From a virus (lineage: Duplodnaviria > Caudoviricetes), in the IMG/VR virus record IMGVR_UViG_3300006046_000013, positions 1-39,878 of that record: a stretch of 39,878 nucleotides of DNA, one strand, 5' to 3'. The notes under the pieces were generated by a model, which saw only the letters and a program-made list of their open reading frames with translations, was not told the origin of the DNA and ran no database searches. The position numbers were made by a program, and so were the translations under genes. Every line of letters starts with the position of its first letter. Position 1 is the first letter of the stretch. Below are positions 33,639-39,878 of the stretch, piece by piece.

Positions 33639-34900
33639 GGCGCGAGGTGCACCGCGCCGTTGTGCTCAGCCGGTGCCGGCGAGCCGCCGGTGACGGCCTC
33701 CTTGGTCGTCGGGCTGTAGAAGGCCAGGGACGCGCCCACCGCCATTTGACGGCCCAGCACCGAAGGCTCCACGGTCTCGAGAAGCGGGTAGCGGTACTCG
33801 TAGGCCTCGAGGGCGGCCGAGTTGCCGACCCAGTAAGAATCGTCGGTAATGGCGTAGGTGACAACGGGCGAAAGCCCCGCCGGCCCTGCCATCGCAAACG
33901 CACCAGCGTCGGCCGTACCCATGGCGTTCTGCGCGCCCAGGAAGGGGAACATGGGCCGGCCGGCGGCGTCGACACTCGAGCCCAACCGCGACCAACCGAG
34001 TGGGCCCATGGCGATCCACTGGGCGAGCTCGCCGGTGTTCTGGTAGACGAGGGCCGAGGCGTCGAAGATGGCCTTGAGCAAGGCGGCGGCGGTGACGGTG
34101 CCGGTGGCGAGGGTCACTTTGGCCGTCGACGTTGCCAGTGCCGTCACGGCGGCGTGCTCCTCGTAGCGGGCGAGTCGCTTGCTCATTTGGTTGATGATGA
34201 GGTCGAGGCCCTGAGCAATGAACGTGAGGAGTTGCTGAGAGACGTTGATGTAGCCGCCCACGGTGATCGGGGCCACGTTGTCGGCGAGCACGTCGAAGTG
34301 CTTGGAGACGAGCTCGGCCTTTTGGAGCGCTTGCACGCCCATGGCGGTATCGACGGCGGCGTCGACCACACGGGGGCGCATGAAGGCCCACGCGTTGGGC
34401 ATGGGTTGCGTGCCCAGTGCCGTCAGGAGCGGGCGGCCACCGGGCACCAAGTCGAGCACGGTGCCGACGGTGGGGATGACGAGGAGGCCAGCCATGCCTC
34501 CCGCGGTGGGGGTGGTGGCGGCGGCCGTCGTGCCCATGTGTTCCGCGGCCCGGGAGAGGTAGCGGTTGTAGCGGTGGGCGGCCTCACGGTCGGCGTGGGC
34601 GTGGAGCATGTCGTGGAGGAGCTCACCGGCGGTGCGGTAGGTCACGGTCGCCGGCGCTACTTGCGACGGTTGGAGGCGGGCCAGCCGGTCGCGGACCTCG
34701 TTGGACATGTCGAGCTCGTGCGAGATGAGGTCAAGTTGGTCGTCGATCTCGACCATTCGGGCCTGGGCCCGGGTAATGGTGTCCTTGTCCTGGTCGGACA
34801 GGTCGCGCTGGGCGTCGGCGGCCGCTTGCGTGAGGTTGCGGATGAGATTGATGCGGCCCTCTCGCTCTTGGAGGAGCCGGTCGAGCAAGACGTCTCCCAC
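33635..34900 (-). CDS. major capsid protein (HK97 fold) with N-terminal coiled-coil scaffold domain
   Basis: RDLS..D...coiled coil; GGYINVSQQL; GGAGGGAGG RBS before GTG 34900. Confidence 0.88.
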   Translation of the reverse strand: MGDVLLDRLLQEREGRINLIRNLTQAAADAQRDLSDQDKDTITRAQARMVEIDDQLDLISHELDMSNEVRDRLARLQPSQVAPATVTYRTAGELLHDMLHAHADREAAHRYNRYLSRAAEHMGTTAAATTPTAGGMAGLLVIPTVGTVLDLVPGGRPLLTALGTQPMPNAWAFMRPRVVDAAVDTAMGVQALQKAELVSKHFDVLADNVAPITVGGYINVSQQLLTFIAQGLDLIINQMSKRLARYEEHAAVTALATSTAKVTLATGTVTAAALLKAIFDASALVYQNTGELAQWIAMGPLGWSRLGSSVDAAGRPMFPFLGAQNAMGTADAGAFAMAGPAGLSPVVTYAITDDSYWVGNSAALEAYEYRYPLLETVEPSVLGRQMAVGASLAFYSPTTKEAVTGGSPAPAEHNGAVHLAP

Positions 34901-35027
34901 GGGAGACCTCCCTCCGATTGGGTTCCAATCTCGGGGTTGTCGCCCTCGGCTACCGGCCTGGCCCCCCATGGCCGACGGGGGTGCGGGTGGTGGTCTCGGC
35001 CTCGCGAGCCTGCGAGTCGTCGGGCCC

Positions 35028-35056
35028 AGTATGACCCATCGGGCCGGACTTGTCGC
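35028..35056 (-). promoter_or_regulatory. candidate capsid promoter
   Basis: GCGACA-N17-CATACT ahead of a ~120-nt non-coding leader. Confidence 0.35.
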
Positions 35057-35706
35057 TACCCGTGCACGCCGCGGGCGCGCGCCGAGTAGGTGGCTTGGCG
35101 GTCCTCTTGGGCCTTGAGCCAGGCCTCGAGGTCGTCGTGCTCGAGGGTCTCTTGGGCGGCGGTGGCGACCCGGTCGGCCTCCTCGAGGGCGAGGGCCCGC
35201 ATGGCCGTCACCTCGGCGCCGGCATAGGCGCCCTCGGGCTCGAGGGCGACATGGTCGAGATGGCCTTTGATGCGAAGCCGGGAACCGTCGGCTCGGACGG
35301 TGGTACCGCCGGCGAGCGGAATGAAGCCCACCGAGACGTCCTTGATGCCGCCCTCGAGCATGGCCTCGACGTCATCGACGCGCGATGGTTGGAGTTTGAA
35401 GGTGCCGTAGAGCCAGTCGTTGTCGGCGCGTAGGCCGGTCGCCCATCCCAGCTTGCTTGAGCCGTCCTGGTTGGGGTGGCCGTCGAAGAAACGGATACGG
35501 CCCAGCGTTTGGGGATGGGCGGCGCGGAGTTGCGAGGCGAACATGCTCGGCGCGATCTCCTCCGTGTAGACGTCGAGCTCACCGTTGGGCAACGGGTCAC
35601 TTACGCGTGTCGGGGTGTTGAACGGGAGGAGTCTGGTCTCGAGGGTGTCGCGCGACGTCCGTGCGAACTCGGAGGCGAAGGCTCGGATAAGGAGTAGATC
35701 GGTCAC
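35056..35706 (-). CDS. HK97-type prohead protease
   Basis: Y.EEI....F...H...LG...L.GTF...VSVGF...LDHVAL...GAY.GA.V. Confidence 0.88.
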   Translation of the reverse strand: MTDLLLIRAFASEFARTSRDTLETRLLPFNTPTRVSDPLPNGELDVYTEEIAPSMFASQLRAAHPQTLGRIRFFDGHPNQDGSSKLGWATGLRADNDWLYGTFKLQPSRVDDVEAMLEGGIKDVSVGFIPLAGGTTVRADGSRLRIKGHLDHVALEPEGAYAGAEVTAMRALALEEADRVATAAQETLEHDDLEAWLKAQEDRQATYSARARGVHG

Positions 35707-35870
35707 GGGTCACCTCCGAAGGTGTCGCGGATGGCTTGCTCGGTGGCGACGACGAGAGGGTCGTCGTCGGTGAAGGGCTCGAGCTCGAGAATGACCTCGT
35801 CAGGGCCGAGCTCGCCGGCGCTCCAAATGCCGATGGTCTCGTCGCCCCGCTCGGGCCGGAGAACGGGCAC
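35703..35870 (-). CDS. 55-aa acidic hypothetical protein (not in ORF track)
   Basis: VPVLRPERGDETIGIW...FGGDP; TAGTG and GTGA coupling. Confidence 0.55.
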   Translation of the reverse strand: MPVLRPERGDETIGIWSAGELGPDEVILELEPFTDDDPLVVATEQAIRDTFGGDP

Positions 35871-37234
35871 TAGCCCTGTCCTCCCCCACCGCCGGCCGCC
35901 GGGACCGTCACCGGCTGACTCGAGGGCGCGGGCAGGATGGCGGCGGGTGGGGCGGTGTCGCCGGTGAGGGCGGCGGTGCCGGGCCCGGTCGAGCCGTAAG
36001 GGGCGAAGCGCTCCATGTTGCGGATTTCGTCGACGGTGATGGCCCGCTCGCCGGTGATGGGGTCGACGATGGCGAACAGGATGGCGTAGGTCTGTGCCCG
36101 GATTTGGAGGTCGGGGCGGGTGTACTCGTCGCGGTTGAGCTCGATGTTGGTGCCGGTCGGCAAAAGCCAGTTAGACAGGGCCGACATGACGGCTTCGGCC
36201 TTGGGCCGGAGGCCGGCGCGCCAGTGGTAGTCGAACAGTTGCGAGACGTTGGTGTAGGTGAGCCGAGTGCCTTGGCCCTCCGACAGACCGACGAGGTAGG
36301 GCGGCACGCCGAGGGCGACGGCAATGCGAGTCTCGTCGAAGTTGCGAAGGTCGAGGAGGGCCATGTCCTTGGGGTTGAAGGTGAGCGGCTTGAGCTCGAA
36401 GCCTCCGGAGATGACGGCCGGCGCCCCCATGGCGCGCATGCGGGCGGTGATCCACCGGGCGTGGATGTCGTCGACCTGCTTGTCGTCGAGCTCGTCGGGG
36501 AAGTTGAGCACGGCCCACGGCACTCCCCCGGTGGTGGCGAGCTCGCGCGAGTACTTCTCGAGGGCGGCGGCGCCGATGAGGGCGTTGGCGCATGTCTCGA
36601 GGGGCCCGATGCCCCGGGCGTTGCCGGGGATAGTGGTGTAGCGGATGTGGAGCACGTCGGCAGTGATGTCCATGCCCCCGAGCGAGTAACGGCGCACGCC
36701 GTCGATCCATTCGACCTGGACCCAGTCGGAGCGCAGACAGACGAAGCGTTGCGGAAAGCCGTTGGCGTAGCGGGCGGTGGCCCAAACGAAGACCTCGCCC
36801 AGTTGGTAGAACAGAAAAAGGCTCTTGGCGAAGTCGGCCCACGATGTGTAGACCTCAGGCTCGGGGTTGGCCAGATAGGGCAAGGCTGGTTGCGGCGTGG
36901 TGGCCTTGACGATGTAAGGCGGCATGGTGGAGAGCACCGAGGCGTTGAGGTCCATGCATGTCCACGCCGTCGACACGCGGGCGATGAGAGCGTCGACGTG
37001 CGAGGTGCCGCCCCAAAATGGCACGTTCCAACCAACGGGCCAGCCGCTCCACCCTTGAGCCTCGGGCGGCGGCATTTGCCACGGGTACATCACGAAACGA
37101 CCAGGGTCGAGGTTGTCGTCGCCCACCGTCGACGGTGGGTTGCCGTTGGGCACCGAGGGCTCGAGGTCGAACTCGGAGGTACGGGGTTTCACGCGCTCGA
37201 CCACCGAAAGGCCCGAGGGCGTGATGTGCTCCAT
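35870..37234 (-). CDS. portal protein (HK97 family)
   Basis: NPEP...GEVF...DVLHIR...RGIGPL...IAVALGVPPYLVG...LTYTN...ITVDEIR.ME. Confidence 0.92.
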   Translation of the reverse strand: MEHITPSGLSVVERVKPRTSEFDLEPSVPNGNPPSTVGDDNLDPGRFVMYPWQMPPPEAQGWSGWPVGWNVPFWGGTSHVDALIARVSTAWTCMDLNASVLSTMPPYIVKATTPQPALPYLANPEPEVYTSWADFAKSLFLFYQLGEVFVWATARYANGFPQRFVCLRSDWVQVEWIDGVRRYSLGGMDITADVLHIRYTTIPGNARGIGPLETCANALIGAAALEKYSRELATTGGVPWAVLNFPDELDDKQVDDIHARWITARMRAMGAPAVISGGFELKPLTFNPKDMALLDLRNFDETRIAVALGVPPYLVGLSEGQGTRLTYTNVSQLFDYHWRAGLRPKAEAVMSALSNWLLPTGTNIELNRDEYTRPDLQIRAQTYAILFAIVDPITGERAITVDEIRNMERFAPYGSTGPGTAALTGDTAPPAAILPAPSSQPVTVPAAGGGGGQG

Positions 37235-37243
37235 TGGGGCCCC

Positions 37244-37272
37244 ATGATGCACCGAAAGTGCCGGCTAGTCAG
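37244..37272 (-). promoter_or_regulatory. candidate portal promoter
   Basis: CTGACT-N17-CATCAT just downstream of the terminator. Confidence 0.3.
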
Positions 37273-37284
37273 TACCACGCGCGC

Positions 37285-37317
37285 AAAGGGCCCCCGATCG
37301 AGGTGACCGGAGGCCCT
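37285..37317 (-). terminator. probable terminator after the inserted small gene
   Basis: AGGGCCTCCGGTC-ACCTC-GATCGGGGGCCCT followed by TT. Confidence 0.6.
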
Positions 37318-37330
37318 GTTTGGAGGAGGC

Positions 37331-37480
37331 CTAGAGCTCGATGATTCGATCGGCCCAACCGAACTTGATGGCGGCGGCGACCTCTGCCGCTTCCGCGACC
37401 CGATCGGATTCGGCGGCGAAGTAGTCAAGGGCGGGACCCTCGGAGGCGGCGGCGTGGCGGTCGGTATGGTTCGTTGTCAT
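37331..37480 (-). CDS. 49-aa moron-like protein headed by module copy 6
   Basis: MTTNHTDRHAAASEG...; lies between terL and portal. Confidence 0.65.
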   Translation of the reverse strand: MTTNHTDRHAAASEGPALDYFAAESDRVAEAAEVAAAIKFGWADRIIEL

Positions 37481-37546
37481 GTCGTCATTCAACACCATAG
37501 CGCACGACTTGTCAACACCATCTCGCACAAGGGGCCGTTTGGCCTA
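37478..37546 (-). promoter_or_regulatory. repeated promoter-like module, copy 6
   Basis: TAGGCCAAACGGCCCCTTGTGCGAGATGGTG-TTGACA-N17-TTGAAT-GACGAC-ATG; the TAG is the terL stop. Confidence 0.85.
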
Positions 37547-38992
37547 CCACACTCCCGGCGTGCGCGCTCGAGGCTTGACGAGGGCGTCGGCCACCGCCAT
37601 GGTCGCCGAGCACAACGGCGAGATGACGTAACCCCGGCGGCGGTTCCATCGCCACAGGTCGCCCCCGTAGGCGAGTTTGACGGCGCCGCTTACGGCCTCG
37701 TTGAGCGGGGTTTGATCGAGGTGGGCGAGGTGGTGGTCTTGGATGGTGGACAGGAACAGGCCACAGGCACCGGCGAACTCCCGGCCCGTGAGCCGCTCGA
37801 CGGTGACGCCCTTGGCCTCGATGAGGTCGGCGAAGGCACCGGCGGGCGAGCTCGCGTCGACGACGAGGTGCGGCGGCTTCCATTTGGTGGCGAGCTCGAC
37901 GGCGCGCTCAACGAGCCACGAGGTGCCGGCTCGAGCCTCGATGACCTCGACGGCGACGACGGGCTCGGAGTCGTAGAACGTGGCGGCCGAGATGCTGGCG
38001 GCCTCGTTGTTGGGGGCGACGTCGAAGGCCATGCGGAGCTCGTTGCCGTCGACCTCGACGTCGGGGCGGAAGGCGACGGCCCAGTCGCCGGGGTCGATGA
38101 CGAGCGCGTTGATGTCGTTGCCCCACACGTTGAGGGCTTCTCGCATGAAGTCCTCGCGCGGCATGGTCTCGTAGAGGTTGCGCACCGAGGCCTCGGTGAT
38201 GATGCCGGCGGCGAGCATGGGCATGGCCTCGTGCCAGTGCTCGACGTCACCAGGGTCGAAGGTGTCGGGGTCGGCGACCTCGGCGGCCCACTCGAACCAC
38301 GCCATGGTGGCGGCCTTGTCGCTGACGGCCTTGCGGCCGAGCTCGGTGTAGTGGTGCCAGACGGGGGCGTCGATGGCCGACTCGCCGGCGTTGGAGGCGA
38401 GCCACAGTTGCGAGCTCGACACGGTGAGTTGGGTGGGCAAGAGCGCGCCGATGGCGCCGAAGTCGCGTAGCTGGGCCACCTCGTCCACCACCACCAGGCT
38501 CACGGCCGACTGTCCTCGCCCAGCGGCGCGCGCCGACGGGGTGACGGGCCGGAAGACGGCGCCGTTGTGGCAGACGAGGGCCTCCTCGCCGATAGAGCGG
38601 CGCATGTGGCGGATGTGGGGGGCGAAGCCCGATTGCAAGAGCACCTCGGAGATTTCGCGCCAGCGGTCGACGGCGAGGCCCCGGTCGGTGGAGGTGTAGA
38701 GGACACGGGAGTTGCGCCGTTGGAGCTCGAGGCCAATGCGAAGGGAGAGGTTGAGGGTCTTGGCGTTTTGGCGGGCGATGGATTGCCCGACGGTGTTGTA
38801 GACGTAGTTGCTGCCGATGCGCTCGAGGGCGATGTCGAACAGGCGCCGTTGCCAGGCCATGAGCTCGAAGCCCATGACGTGGGCCAGGTGGGCGACGAGA
38901 GGGCCGTCGGTGGCCCGGCGGGAGCGACGGGTGGCCCACCGCGGTGGTGGAGCCCAGCCCTTAGCCGGCGCGGTTGGAACGGCGAGGGACAC
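37544..38992 (-). CDS. terL: terminase large subunit
   Basis: LMAWQ, Walker A-like ARQNAKT, Walker B VVVDE, SNAG coupling motif, F.RE.LN.W, AFDV nuclease; start position uncertain. Confidence 0.93.
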   Translation of the reverse strand: MSLAVPTAPAKGWAPPPRWATRRSRRATDGPLVAHLAHVMGFELMAWQRRLFDIALERIGSNYVYNTVGQSIARQNAKTLNLSLRIGLELQRRNSRVLYTSTDRGLAVDRWREISEVLLQSGFAPHIRHMRRSIGEEALVCHNGAVFRPVTPSARAAGRGQSAVSLVVVDEVAQLRDFGAIGALLPTQLTVSSSQLWLASNAGESAIDAPVWHHYTELGRKAVSDKAATMAWFEWAAEVADPDTFDPGDVEHWHEAMPMLAAGIITEASVRNLYETMPREDFMREALNVWGNDINALVIDPGDWAVAFRPDVEVDGNELRMAFDVAPNNEAASISAATFYDSEPVVAVEVIEARAGTSWLVERAVELATKWKPPHLVVDASSPAGAFADLIEAKGVTVERLTGREFAGACGLFLSTIQDHHLAHLDQTPLNEAVSGAVKLAYGGDLWRWNRRRGYVISPLCSATMAVADALVKPRARTPGVW

Positions 38993-39254
38993 GGTTACGC
39001 ACGTTGAGGGTGCGGCCGATCTCGGCGAAGGCGTCATCGGGGCCCTCGGTGGGGATGAGGCCGTTGATGGCGGTGGCCCACTCGAGCATGCGGGCGGCGA
39101 GTTGGGGGATGACCTTGAGCTCGTCGATCTCCTCGGCCCGGTCCCACGCCCGGCCCACGCCGATGATGCCCTCGCGCATGCTGGGCGAGATGCGGGCCCC
39201 CTTGCCCGTGGCGGCCTCGAGGGTGGCCACCGCCGCGGCCTCGTGGTCGGTCAC
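38961..39254 (-). CDS. putative terminase small subunit
   Basis: 97-aa helical ORF immediately upstream of and overlapping terL; GTGA coupling. Confidence 0.55.
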   Translation of the reverse strand: MTDHEAAAVATLEAATGKGARISPSMREGIIGVGRAWDRAEEIDELKVIPQLAARMLEWATAINGLIPTEGPDDAFAEIGRTLNVRNRVPRRSNRAG

Positions 39255-39865
39255 TCGAGCGCGCCGACGGCGAAGTTGTCGTACTGCGGCGGATGTTCGG
39301 CACCGCCCGAGCTCGAGGCGTTGAGGCCCGGCTGTCCTGCCGCGGTGATGTCGGTGTCGGTAGCACTGACGACGAGCACACCATCGGCGTAGAGCCGTAG
39401 CGCGGTGCCTTGCATTTCGAGGCGTAGGCGTGTCGGTGGGGTGTGCCGGGTGTAGGGCGCGGTGGCGACGTCGGAGTAGGCGTAGCCGACAAGTTTGCCG
39501 ATGACGAGGTCGCCGGTGGTGGGGTGGATGTAGCCCATGTAGCAGTTGTTGTCGCCGAAGCCGTTGGCGCGCCCGTGGACGATGACGTATTGCGAGGTGT
39601 CGTTGCCGGGCCCGCCATAACCCCACACGTCGGCCTCGACGTAGTAGTCGGCGGTGGGCATGGCGGTGGCCCAGGCGATGAAGTCCCGGCCGCCGGTGTG
39701 CACGAGCCGGCCCGAGACGATTACGAAGGTCGGGTCTTCCAAGACCCAGTTGGGGCCGGGGTCACCGTCGGCGCGGTTGAAGTCGTCGGCGGCGAGGAGG
39801 TCACCGGCGGGTTCGAGCTCGGCGTCACCGGCCCAGCCGTAGGCGTAGATGGCGGCGGCGACCAC
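39251..39865 (-). CDS. lectin/concanavalin-like beta-sandwich protein, possibly virion-associated
   Basis: DDFNRADG..G.NW...RLRLE..G..LR.Y.DG......TD.....G.PG...DNF; 5' end close to the window edge. Confidence 0.6.
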   Translation of the reverse strand: MVAAAIYAYGWAGDAELEPAGDLLAADDFNRADGDPGPNWVLEDPTFVIVSGRLVHTGGRDFIAWATAMPTADYYVEADVWGYGGPGNDTSQYVIVHGRANGFGDNNCYMGYIHPTTGDLVIGKLVGYAYSDVATAPYTRHTPPTRLRLEMQGTALRLYADGVLVVSATDTDITAAGQPGLNASSSGGAEHPPQYDNFAVGALE

Positions 39866-39878
39866 TTGGGCGATGGTC

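Overview
The window is most or all of a high-GC temperate tailed-phage genome (siphovirus layout, HK97-type head), probably of an actinobacterial host, read mostly on the minus strand. From right to left it carries: terS/terL, portal, protease, capsid, head-tail and tail genes (tail assembly chaperone with a likely -1 frameshift, tape measure, large tail proteins), then an amidase lysis cassette. An accessory region (14.6-19.5 kb) holds small Zn-binding and hypothetical genes plus a DNA methyltransferase. Next come an unsplit attP (3' half of tRNA-Gly GCC), a tyrosine integrase and a divergent repressor/excisionase pair. The replication arm encodes an exonuclease, an SSB-like protein, two ParB/Srx-fold proteins, PolA, a primase-helicase, a resolvase, a methyltransferase and a PD-(D/E)XK nuclease. 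The most unusual structure is a ~55-75 bp gene-boundary module present six times (GGCC hairpin, two 23-bp-period GTGCG-N4-GGTGTT(G/T)A boxes, start codon), each heading a small unrelated ORF, one of them inserted between terL and portal. Also notable: perfect palindromes inside two genes directly after their HTH-coding segments, a methyltransferase flanked by a 20-bp direct repeat, a structured RNA candidate after the lysis genes, and strong CTCGAG enrichment. All calls come from motif recognition by eye; no searches were run.
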